From Pseudomonadota bacterium (GTDB lineage: Bacteria > Pseudomonadota > Gammaproteobacteria > Burkholderiales > Casimicrobiaceae), in NCBI GenBank assembly GCA_018241745.1, contig JAFEDG010000140.1, positions 15,098 through 79,097 of the forward strand: a stretch of DNA of 64,000 nt, read 5' to 3'. Positions 9,458 to 17,428 of this stretch are shown here, in pieces. A program made the translations under genes and the position numbers. The notes under the pieces were generated by a model. It did not search any database and was not told where the DNA came from. It worked only from the letters and a program-made list of their open reading frames with translations. Positions within the stretch are counted from its first letter, which is position 1. Each line of letters begins with the position of its first letter.

Positions 9458-9661
9458 GTGACCACCGATCTCCCGCCGTGTCCCTGGTGCCCCGACGCCG
9501 ACGTGCGCCTCGTCGACGTGCCACCGTCGGTGGAAAACGGCGGTGCCCGCTTCGCGGTCCGATGCCAGAGTTGCGGGATGCACGGGCCGGTGGGCCTGTC
9601 GCCGGAAGGCGCGTTGCAGGCCTGGTCGACCCGACCGCTGCCGATCGGGACAAGTCCTTAG
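9458..9661 (+). CDS. Lar-family (restriction-alleviation-like) Zn-ribbon protein
   Basis: 67 aa with a GTG start. It shows CPWCP...RCQSCGMHGP...ALQAWSTRP, which is the CPxC...CxxCG..GP...A..AW..R pattern of phage-type Lar family proteins. GC3 is high. Confidence 0.6.
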   Translation: MTTDLPPCPWCPDADVRLVDVPPSVENGGARFAVRCQSCGMHGPVGLSPEGALQAWSTRPLPIGTSP

Positions 9662-9844
9662 CGAGTGCGCCAAGCGGGGCGGTCGCAGCCAGCTGCGTGC
9701 CCCGCTGACGAGGCGCCGCAATCGCCGCGCGGCCACCGCCGCCGCAGGAGTCGGCGCGTAGGCCTACACGCGCCTGCGGCGCTCGCCGATACGACGGCGC
9801 AATGCGGCTCGATAGTCTCGTGCCATTCCAAGGAGGACTCCACC

Positions 9845-10003
9845 ATGTCACTCGGCGCGATACTTGTCATCATCCTGATCCTGATCGTCATCGGCGCACT
9901 GCCGTCGTGGCCCTACAGCCGCGGCTGGGGCTATTACCCGAGCGGCATTGGCGGCCTGATCCTCGTGGTCCTGATCGTGCTGCTGCTGATGGGTCGCCTC
10001 TGA
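9845..10003 (+). CDS. DUF3309 family small membrane protein
   Basis: ATG 9845 is preceded by AAGGAGG. The 52-aa sequence is MSLGAILVIILILIVIGALPSWPYSRGWGYYPSGIGGLILVVLIVLLLMGRL. Confidence 0.8.
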   Translation: MSLGAILVIILILIVIGALPSWPYSRGWGYYPSGIGGLILVVLIVLLLMGRL

Positions 10004-10078
10004 CGCAGGATCCGTGCGATGGGGCGGCGGGGCCCGCGTCGCTGACGTGGAGGCGCGCCCCGTGGCCTGCTCGAGCGC

Positions 10079-10267
10079 CTAGCGCTCCATCGTGTCGCGG
10101 ACGCGCTTCAGCGACTCGATGAAGATGTTGAGGCCGGTCTTGGACAGGCCTTCTTCGCGCGTGTCGAACTGGATCAGCAGGCGCTTCGCGTCGGGCGACA
10201 CGAAGCACGTGATCTTGCCGCTCTTGCCGAGGTCGAATTCGTACGTCTTCTTCTTGCCGGTTGCCAT
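10079..10267 (-). CDS. hypothetical small soluble protein (62 aa)
   Basis: ATG start, very high GC3 and a balanced Lys/Glu-rich composition (MATGKKKTYEFDLGKSGKITCFVSPDAKRLLIQFD...). I recognise no family. Confidence 0.6.
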   Translation of the reverse strand: MATGKKKTYEFDLGKSGKITCFVSPDAKRLLIQFDTREEGLSKTGLNIFIESLKRVRDTMER

Positions 10268-10442
10268 GTGCGCCCCGCCGTGGAAATGCCAGCGCGCATG
10301 TTAAGGGAGCGTGGACCCGGGATTGTTACAGTCGGCTTTGCCCGCGCCGCGCGCCGGTCCACAGGCATGACGGTGCGCCACCCCGATGCCGGTACGCGCT
10401 TAAGATGTTCCCCCTGCCCCCACGCCCGTACGGAGCCATGCG

Positions 10443-10937
10443 ATGAGCCACCCCGCGAAGAACACGATCTGCCTCTGGTACAACCGCGACGCCGAAGATG
10501 CCGCGCGGTTCTACGCGCAGACGTTCCCGGACTCCACGGTCACCGCGGTCCATCGCGCGCCCGGCGACTACCCGTCGGGCAAGGAGGGCGACGTGCTGAC
10601 CGTCGAATTCACGGTGCTCGGCATCCCGTGCCTGGGCCTCAACGGCGGTCCCGCGTTCAAGCAGACCGAGGCGTTCTCGTTCCAGGTCGCGACAGCGGAC
10701 CAGGCGGAGACCGACCGCTACTGGAATGCCATCGTCGGCCACGGTGGCACCGAAAGCGCCTGTGGCTGGTGCAAGGACAAATGGGGCGTGTCGTGGCAGA
10801 TCACGCCGGTGGCGCTGAGCCGCGCGGTGGCAAGCCCCGATCCGGCGGTCGCCAAGCGGGCGTTCGCCGCGATGATGACGATGCGCAAGATCGACGTCGC
10901 CATCATCGAGGCGGCCGTGCGCGGCGACGCCCGGTAG
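10443..10937 (+). CDS. VOC-superfamily protein, PhnB / 3-demethylubiquinone-9 3-methyltransferase-domain type
   Basis: The N-terminus ICLWYNRDAEDAARFYAQTFPDS and the motif CGWCKDKWGVSWQI are typical of this glyoxalase-fold family. Confidence 0.8.
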   Translation: MSHPAKNTICLWYNRDAEDAARFYAQTFPDSTVTAVHRAPGDYPSGKEGDVLTVEFTVLGIPCLGLNGGPAFKQTEAFSFQVATADQAETDRYWNAIVGHGGTESACGWCKDKWGVSWQITPVALSRAVASPDPAVAKRAFAAMMTMRKIDVAIIEAAVRGDAR

Positions 10938-10959
10938 TGCCAACGCCGCAGGCGCGAAC

Positions 10960-11190
10960 TCAGGCGCTTGCGGTCGCGTTGTTGGTGCTTGCGCGGGTGC
11001 CCATCAGCCACGCGAGCGTCGTGGCGCCGAACGCCGGGTGATGGACGAACGTGGTTCCGCACTCGCCGCAGCGGTAATGCTCGACGGCGGCGCCACGTCC
11101 CGGCGCGTCCTGGCGCGAGCTTCCCACTCGCGTCAGGTGCGATGGCGCGTGGGTGGCGCCGATGGATTCGAGGCAGTGTTCGCAGATCAC
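10960..11190 (-). CDS. possible small Zn-ribbon protein (76 aa, GTG start)
   Basis: High GC3. Two CxxC pairs are present (ICEHC ... RCGECG). The start choice is arbitrary and I recognise no family. Confidence 0.3.
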   Translation of the reverse strand: MICEHCLESIGATHAPSHLTRVGSSRQDAPGRGAAVEHYRCGECGTTFVHHPAFGATTLAWLMGTRASTNNATASA

Positions 11191-11320
11191 GCGCGGGCTC
11201 GTCGCCAGGGATGCATGCTGGCGTGAACAAGCCTGCCACCGGGATATTCCCGTTGGATGACAGCTCTGCGCAACGGCGGGCTGCGGCCGACGGACGGTTG
11301 GATGCGCGGGCGGCCGGCGA

Positions 11321-12100
11321 TCAGCGCCGGGGTGCGACCAGCGCAAACGACGCGCCCTGCGGATCGACGCCCAGGATGATCCACATCCCGCCTGGAACCT
11401 CCTGCGGGCCGTGCACGACCTGTCCGCCACCGGCCTTGACGCGTTCGACGGCGGCATCGATCGCATCGACGACGAAGTAGTACTGCCACAGCGGGCCCGG
11501 CGTCCCCGGTGCGCGCTGCATCATCCCCCCGTCGGCGTCTCCCGCGCGCGTGCGGAACATCTGGTAGACGCCCATGTCGCCCATATCCATCGCATCGGCC
11601 TTGGTCCAGCCGAACATCGACGCATAGAACGTCCACGCAGCGTCCAGGTTGTCCGTATAGTGCTCGTGCCAGCCGATCGTGCCTGGCGACAGGCTCGGAG
11701 GCGCGGGTGGCATGTCGCCCTGATGCGGGAGCGGCGTGAACAGCATGAATGTCGCGCCCATCGGGTCCGCCATCACCGCGAAGCGGCCCACCGTCGGAAT
11801 ATCGGTCGGCGGCATGCAGAGGCTGCCTCCGGCGCCGACGATGCGCGCCGCCATCGCATCCACGTCGTCGACGCCGATGTAACCGGACCACGCTGGCTTG
11901 GCACCTCGCGCCGCCGCATCCGGGGGCGTACCCATGAGGCCCGCGACGCCGGCGCCGCCGGCTTCCAGCACCGTGTACGTCTTGCCGTCGATGGGCATGT
12001 CCTTCGTCGTCCAGCCGACGACGTTGCCATAGAAGGACTTGGCCGCAGCCGGGTCGGATGTCATCAACTCGTACCAGACGAAGGGCATTGAGGCGGGCAT
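11321..12100 (-). CDS. two-domain VOC / glyoxalase-bleomycin-resistance family protein
   Basis: The module FVWYELMTSDPAAAKSFYGNVVGW... is repeated later as IGWHEHYTDNLDAAWTFYASMFGW. Length 259 aa. Confidence 0.8.
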   Translation of the reverse strand: MPASMPFVWYELMTSDPAAAKSFYGNVVGWTTKDMPIDGKTYTVLEAGGAGVAGLMGTPPDAAARGAKPAWSGYIGVDDVDAMAARIVGAGGSLCMPPTDIPTVGRFAVMADPMGATFMLFTPLPHQGDMPPAPPSLSPGTIGWHEHYTDNLDAAWTFYASMFGWTKADAMDMGDMGVYQMFRTRAGDADGGMMQRAPGTPGPLWQYYFVVDAIDAAVERVKAGGGQVVHGPQEVPGGMWIILGVDPQGASFALVAPRR

Positions 12101-12418
12101 GGGGTCTCCTGAGACGTTTGCAGCAGGGGATGCCGACTATCGCGCGTATCGCGGCGACCGGCAATCGGAAAATCCGCCGTGCGCTTGGAATGTAGGCGCG
12201 GCGTAGGACAACCACCTGCCCCGGTTCGCGGCGTTGGCCGAACGCGAAGGTCGCCGGCGACGGGGACAATGGGAACCGTCATCAGTGCAAATCGACGTCC
12301 GCCAGATCTCGCAGCCGCCCGAACGATGGAAGGATGCGAAGCGACGGCCGAAAGGCCAACGCGAAGATGCTCATGGACAGCGACACGGGAGCTTGCCTCC
12401 CGGTACAGATGACAACAA

Positions 12419-12447
12419 CGGCCGCCTCCGGGCGGCCGTTTCCTTTG
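12419..12447 (+). terminator. intrinsic-terminator-like hairpin in a divergent promoter region
   Basis: An 8-bp GC stem (CGGCCGCC / GGCGGCCG) with a TCCG loop is followed by TTTCCTTTG. A second hairpin (CGGGAG-CTTGC-CTCCCG) lies at 12386-12402. Confidence 0.5.
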
Positions 12448-12562
12448 CCCCGCACCGCACGCGTCGGTCACGCTGGCAACCGGCCGTGACGCGCGCAGAT
12501 GCGTGTGCGCTAGAGTCGGCGTCTTTCGACCTGCCGCGGCCACCGCGGCCGCCGCCTCGCTC

Positions 12563-13417
12563 ATGCCTGCCCGTCACGTCCTTACGCTCTCCTGCACCGA
12601 TCAGCCCGGCATCGTCGGCGCGGTCGGCAGCTTCCTCGCGCAGCAACGCTGCAACATCGTCGACAGCGCGCAGTTCGGAGACCTGGACAGCGGCCGTTTC
12701 TTCATGCGGGTGCTGTTCGAGGCGCTCGACGAGGCGCCACGCGACGGCGCGTTGCGTGCGGCGTTCGCCGCGATCGCCGCGACGTACGGGATGACGTGGG
12801 CACTGCACGACGCCGAGGCGAGGCCGCCGGTGCTGCTGCTGGTGTCGAAGCAGGATCATTGCCTCAACGACCTGCTGTATCGGCAGCGGATTGGCGCGCT
12901 GCCGATGACGCCGGTGGCGATCGCGTCGAACCATCGCGACGCGGAAGGGCTGGCGGCGAGCTATGGCGTGCCTTTCCACCACCTGCCGGTGACGCCGGAC
13001 ACCAAATCGGCGCAGGAAGCAGAGCTGCTGTCGTTGATCGAAACGACGGGCGCAGAGCTCGTCGTGCTGGCGCGCTACATGCAGATCCTGTCGGATGACC
13101 TGGCGCGCAAGCTCGAAGGCCGCGCGATCAACATCCATCACGGCCTGCTGCCGAGCTTCAAGGGCGCCAAGCCGTATCACCAGGCCTATGCGCGCGGCGT
13201 GAAGCTGATCGGCGCGACGGCGCATTACGTGACCGGCGACCTGGACGAAGGCCCGATCATCGACCAGGAAGTCGCGCGCGTCGAATACAACATGCGCGTC
13301 GACGACCTCGTGGCGCTGGGGCGCGACGTCGAGTGCATCGCGCTGGCGCGCGCCGTGCGCTGGCACCTCGAGCACCGCGTGTTCCTGAACGGCGGGAAGA
13401 CCGTCGTCTTCCGGTAG
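12563..13417 (+). CDS. purU: formyltetrahydrofolate deformylase
   Basis: In-frame ATG 12563. The N-terminal ACT-like region is VLTLSCTDQPGIVGAVGSFLA. The formyltransferase core includes ELVVLARYMQILS...INIHHGLLPSFKGAKPY...ATAHYVT. Confidence 0.9.
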   Translation: MPARHVLTLSCTDQPGIVGAVGSFLAQQRCNIVDSAQFGDLDSGRFFMRVLFEALDEAPRDGALRAAFAAIAATYGMTWALHDAEARPPVLLLVSKQDHCLNDLLYRQRIGALPMTPVAIASNHRDAEGLAASYGVPFHHLPVTPDTKSAQEAELLSLIETTGAELVVLARYMQILSDDLARKLEGRAINIHHGLLPSFKGAKPYHQAYARGVKLIGATAHYVTGDLDEGPIIDQEVARVEYNMRVDDLVALGRDVECIALARAVRWHLEHRVFLNGGKTVVFR

Positions 13418-13473
13418 GTCAATTAGGGTCCGACCCTATTTATTACGTCAACTGGGGTCGGACCCTAATTGAC
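13418..13473. repeat. 19-bp perfect inverted repeat (REP-like) built on the core TAGGGTC(C/G)GACCCTA
   Basis: GTCAATTAGGGTCCGACCC at 13418-13436 pairs with GGGTCGGACCCTAATTGAC at 13455-13473 across an 18-nt AT-rich loop. A third core copy, AAACAGGGTCGGACC, is at 13479-13493. Related copies are at 8661-8678 and 8701-8715. Confidence 0.75.
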
Positions 13474-13492
13474 ATAATAAACAGGGTCGGAC

Positions 13493-14425
13493 CTACCGGC
13501 GGCCGCCGTACACGTTGACGACGAGTCCGGCCAGCACGAGCACGACGCCGAGCCATTGCATCGGCGCGAGGTACTCGCCGATGAACAGCGCGCCGCTGCC
13601 GAGGCCGGTGATCGGGATCAGCAGCGCGAACGGCGACACGAGCGCCGTCGCATAGCGGCGCAGCAGGTAGTTCCACGCGCCCCACGCGAACAGCGTCGCC
13701 GCCGAGGCGAGGAAGAGCACGCAGCCCCACGCGAACCACGACGCGTGCGCCGCGGCGACCCACGCGGCTGGACCGCCCTCGAACATCCACGACACCGCAA
13801 GCAGCGGCAGCACGGGAAAAAGGCTGGACCACACGACCATGCCGAACATGCTGACGTCCCGGCCCGCGCCCGCGCGCTTGATGATCATGTTACCCACGGC
13901 CCAGAAGAAGCCGGCGACGATGACGAGCAGGAAGCCCACCAGCGACCCGGTGAGTCCCTCGATGAACTTGTAGGCGCCGAGCACGACCATGCCGACGACC
14001 GCGATCGCCGCGCCCAGCACGTTGGCGCGCGTCATCCGGTCGCCGGACAGCAGCACGGCGAGGCCGATCGTGAAGAACACCTGCACCTGGATCACCAGCG
14101 ACGACAGGCCGGCGGGCATCCCGATCTGGATCGCGAAGAACAGGAGCCCGAACTGCAGCAGGCCGATCGCGATGCCGTAGGCCGCGATGTCCCGCCAGCG
14201 GAACGCCGGCGGGCGCACGAACAGCAGCGCCGGGAACGCCGCGAAGAAGAAGCGCAGCGCGGCGAGCATGAACGGCGGGATCTCGCGCAGCGCGAGCTTG
14301 ATCGGGACGAACGCGAAGCCCGCGACCGTGACGAGCGCGATCATCAGCGCGAAATCGCGCGCGGACAACGACGTGCGGGGAGCGGCTGCGGACAAGGAGA
14401 AAAGGCGCGGGATCGGGCCGCTCAC
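13493..14425 (-). CDS. EamA/DMT-family transporter
   Basis: Ten hydrophobic segments with a duplicated EamA pattern. The start is set at GTG 14425, below the stop of the upstream gene; ATG (MIALV...) is the alternative. Confidence 0.8.
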   Translation of the reverse strand: MSGPIPRLFSLSAAAPRTSLSARDFALMIALVTVAGFAFVPIKLALREIPPFMLAALRFFFAAFPALLFVRPPAFRWRDIAAYGIAIGLLQFGLLFFAIQIGMPAGLSSLVIQVQVFFTIGLAVLLSGDRMTRANVLGAAIAVVGMVVLGAYKFIEGLTGSLVGFLLVIVAGFFWAVGNMIIKRAGAGRDVSMFGMVVWSSLFPVLPLLAVSWMFEGGPAAWVAAAHASWFAWGCVLFLASAATLFAWGAWNYLLRRYATALVSPFALLIPITGLGSGALFIGEYLAPMQWLGVVLVLAGLVVNVYGGRR

Positions 14426-14462
14426 GACCCCGCGCACGTCGCCGGGCGCCCAAGGGCGCCGC

Positions 14463-17246
14463 TCAAGGCTTCTTTGCGAAGTCGCCGGCGTATGCGTAGG
14501 CGATGGCGCCTGCATTGTAGTACTTGCGGTAAGCCGCGTACGCCTGGGCCGGCGTCACCGCTGCGATCGCCGCGTCGAGCTCGGCCGACTGCTGCCACGT
14601 GCGGCCGAGCCAGCTCTGCGCCGCAAGGCTCGCCGCGAGCGTCGGGTCATCGGCACGGGCCTGCATCCGCTCCTCGAGCAGCGCCTGCTTGGCTTCGTTC
14701 ACTTCGGCCGCCGTGAAGCCATCCTTGCCGGCCCGCGCCAGCTCTTCGCTGAAGCCCGCCTTGACACGGTCCAGGTTCTGCGGCGCGAAGATCGAGTAGA
14801 ACAGGATCGTCGAGTTCTCGTCGATCGTCGCCGGGCGCACGCCGGTGCCGACGCCGTACGCGAGCCCGTCGTGCTCGCGCACGCGTTGCGGGATGCGGCT
14901 CTCGACGCCGCCGCCCATCACGCGGTCGGCGACCAGCAGCGCGGCGAAGTCCGGCGACCGGTCGTTGAGCGGTACCGCCAGGACGCCCTGCAGCGATGCG
15001 TTCGCCTTGTCCGGCGTCATGAACACCTCGGCGGCGGCATGGGTGGCGACGAAGGGCTCGGGTGCCCGCGTAAACGCGGCCTGCGCGTTCCAGTCGCCGA
15101 ACAACGCGGCGATCTCCGCGCGCACGGCCACCGGGTCGAAGTCGCCGACGATCGCCAGCTGCGCATGGTTCGCGCCGTAGAAACGGTCGTGGAACGACCG
15201 CAGCGCGACGGGATCCAGGGCCTTGACGCGCGCGACGTCCTCGTCGAGCGTGGACGCGTAGCGGATGTCGTCGCTCGGGTAAGGATTGTTCATCCGCGCG
15301 GCGGCGCGGCGCACGATCGCTTCCGGCTCGGTGCTCCCCTGCTCGAGGCTTGCGAGCCACGCGCGTTGCAGCCGCGCGAACTCGTCGGGCGCGAACGCCG
15401 GCTTGCGCAGCGCTTCGGCGGTGAGCTTCAACGTGCCGTCGAGATGGTCGCGGACCGTGCTGCCGGACACGCGCAGCGTCTGCTTGCGCGCGCCGAAGTG
15501 CAGCTGCGCATGCAACGCGTCGAGCGCGTCGGCGTATTGCTGGCGGCTCTTCGTCTCGGTGCCGGCCGCGAGCAGTGCCGCCACGGCTTGCGCCGCCGTC
15601 GCCTGGCCCTTCAGGGTCTCGGCGTCGCCGTAGTTCATCGTCAGCTCGAAGTCGACGGTGGCACCGCGTGTCTTGCGCGGGAGCAGCGCGACCTCGAGGC
15701 CGTTGGGCAGCGTGTAGCGCTCGGTGCGCCGTTCGAGGTTGGCGAGCGACGTATCGAACGCCTCGCCGGGCGCGACCGGCGGGTCACCCTTGTAGCCGTC
15801 GACCATCTTCGCGACGTCCACGCTCGCGATCAACGGCGCGCGATCCGGCTTGGCGTCCGGCACGAACTCGCCGACCGTCATGTTCGACGGCTTCAGGTAT
15901 TCCAGCGCGACGCGCTGGACGTCGGCCGCCTTCAGTGCACGCCAGCGGTCACGGTCCAGGTACATGAGCCGCCAGTCGCCCTGCGCGATGATTTCCGAGA
16001 TCTCGATCCCGAACTCCTGCGGATCGTTGATCACCTCGTCGAAGTCCTTGAGCCAGCGCGTGCGGACGCGGTTCACTTCCTCGTCGGTGATGGGGTTCTG
16101 CGCGACGTCGGCGAACGTCGCGAGCATCGCGTCGCGCGCCGGCTTGACGTCGTCGGTCACGGCGAGCTGCGCCTCGAACAGGATCATGCCGGGGTCGTGC
16201 ATCGCGATGTACTGCGTCTCGACGCGCGCGGCCTTCTTCGTCTCGACGAGCGCCTTGTACAGACGGCCCGACGGCGCGAGCGTCATGATCTCGCCAAGCG
16301 CTTCCATCGCCACCGCGTCGGGATGCGGCCCCGGCGGCGTATGGAACAGCGTCGATACGATCTTCTGGCTGCCGACGCGACGCAGCGTGACGGCGCGCTC
16401 GCCGTCCTGCACGGGCTCGACCGTGTACAGCTTCGGGAGCACGCGCGTCGGCCTCGGCAGCGGCCCGAAATACTTCGCGACGAGGTCGAGCGTGTGCTGC
16501 GGGTCGAACTTGCCGGCAACGACCAGCACCGCATTGTCGGGCTGGTAGTACTTCGCGTAGAACGCGCGCAGGCTGGCGAACGGGACGTTCTCGATGTCAG
16601 AGCGCGCGCCGATCGTGTCGTGGGCGTAGTTGTGCCAGTCGAACGCCACCGATTGCATCTTCTGCGTCAGCACGTTGGACGGGTTGTTCTCGCCCATCTC
16701 GAACTCGTTGCGCACCACCGTCATCTCGGTGTCGAGTTCCTGCTTCGAGAACGTCGAGCGCGTCATCCGCTCGGCTTCCATCTTCAGCGCCCATTCGAGG
16801 TTGGCGTCGCTGGCGGCGAACGTCTCGTGGTAGTTCGTGCGGTCGAACCACGTGGAGCCGTTGAAATCCATGCCGCGCTTGCCGAGCGCGACGAACACGT
16901 TCTTCTCCGACGGCGTGCCCTTGAACAGCATGTGTTCCAGCAGGTGCGCCATGCCGGTCTCGCCATAGCCTTCGAAGCGCGAGCCGACGAGATAGGTGAC
17001 GTTGACCGTCGTCGCGGGCTTGGTCGCGTCGGGGAACAGCAGCACCTTGAGGCCGTTGGCCAGCTGGTACTGGGTGACGCCCTCGACGGACGGGCCATGC
17101 GTGATGCCGTGCGGCAGCTTGAGGGCGGGCGCCGTGGGTGCCGGCGCGGCGGGTGCGGGGGTTGCCTGGGTCGGGGGGGCGGTCAGCGTGGTCAAGGTTG
17201 CGAAAGCGAGCGTGGAGAAGGCCGAAACAAGGGCACGGGCCGACAT
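14463..17246 (-). CDS. exported M16 (pitrilysin/insulinase) family zinc peptidase, double-length PqqL-like
   Basis: In-frame ATG 17246. The signal peptide is MSARALVSAFSTLAFATLTTLTA. The inverted zinc motif HLLEHMLFKG is present. At 927 aa the protein has two M16 active/inactive domain pairs. Confidence 0.9.
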   Translation of the reverse strand: MSARALVSAFSTLAFATLTTLTAPPTQATPAPAAPAPTAPALKLPHGITHGPSVEGVTQYQLANGLKVLLFPDATKPATTVNVTYLVGSRFEGYGETGMAHLLEHMLFKGTPSEKNVFVALGKRGMDFNGSTWFDRTNYHETFAASDANLEWALKMEAERMTRSTFSKQELDTEMTVVRNEFEMGENNPSNVLTQKMQSVAFDWHNYAHDTIGARSDIENVPFASLRAFYAKYYQPDNAVLVVAGKFDPQHTLDLVAKYFGPLPRPTRVLPKLYTVEPVQDGERAVTLRRVGSQKIVSTLFHTPPGPHPDAVAMEALGEIMTLAPSGRLYKALVETKKAARVETQYIAMHDPGMILFEAQLAVTDDVKPARDAMLATFADVAQNPITDEEVNRVRTRWLKDFDEVINDPQEFGIEISEIIAQGDWRLMYLDRDRWRALKAADVQRVALEYLKPSNMTVGEFVPDAKPDRAPLIASVDVAKMVDGYKGDPPVAPGEAFDTSLANLERRTERYTLPNGLEVALLPRKTRGATVDFELTMNYGDAETLKGQATAAQAVAALLAAGTETKSRQQYADALDALHAQLHFGARKQTLRVSGSTVRDHLDGTLKLTAEALRKPAFAPDEFARLQRAWLASLEQGSTEPEAIVRRAAARMNNPYPSDDIRYASTLDEDVARVKALDPVALRSFHDRFYGANHAQLAIVGDFDPVAVRAEIAALFGDWNAQAAFTRAPEPFVATHAAAEVFMTPDKANASLQGVLAVPLNDRSPDFAALLVADRVMGGGVESRIPQRVREHDGLAYGVGTGVRPATIDENSTILFYSIFAPQNLDRVKAGFSEELARAGKDGFTAAEVNEAKQALLEERMQARADDPTLAASLAAQSWLGRTWQQSAELDAAIAAVTPAQAYAAYRKYYNAGAIAYAYAGDFAKKP

Positions 17247-17428
17247 GATAGAGGGGTCTGCCAAAACGAAGGACGCGCAGTATATGGGGGGCGGACATGC
17301 CGCCCGCAACCGCCGGACCGGGCGTCGCCGGCGCGGATGGGCGGGCGGTTGCGCCGACGGACCGGACCGCGCGCGACCCGCGAGGCCCTTCGGCGCTCGC
17401 CTTGGCGCGTGACGGCGCCGTGCCCGGA

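Noticed and set aside
12440-12562. I considered a ZTP (pfl) riboswitch upstream of purU, based on GTCGGTCACGCTGGCAACCGGCCGTGAC and a later GGCCGCCGCCTCGC.
   Set aside because: The resemblance to the conserved GGGUCGUGACUGGCG and CCGCCUGGGC elements as I remember them is only partial. There is no P2 hairpin, and the 3' pseudoknot element does not match. An Infernal scan with RF01750 would settle it.
8812-13500. I looked for a direct repeat of the tRNA-Lys 3' end (GGTTCGATCCCTACACGGCCTACCA) that would delimit a genomic island, and for an integrase gene.
   Set aside because: Visual inspection found neither. The island idea is therefore kept only as a low-key inference attached to the hemA remnant.
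17247-17428. I considered the hairpin GGGCGG-CATGT-CCGCCC in the M48-M16 spacer as a terminator separating the M16 gene from the cyclase operon.
   Set aside because: On the transcribed (minus) strand it is followed by CCCATATACT, not a U-tract. I cannot say whether the M16 gene is co-transcribed, so I left the question open in the finding rather than annotating a terminator.
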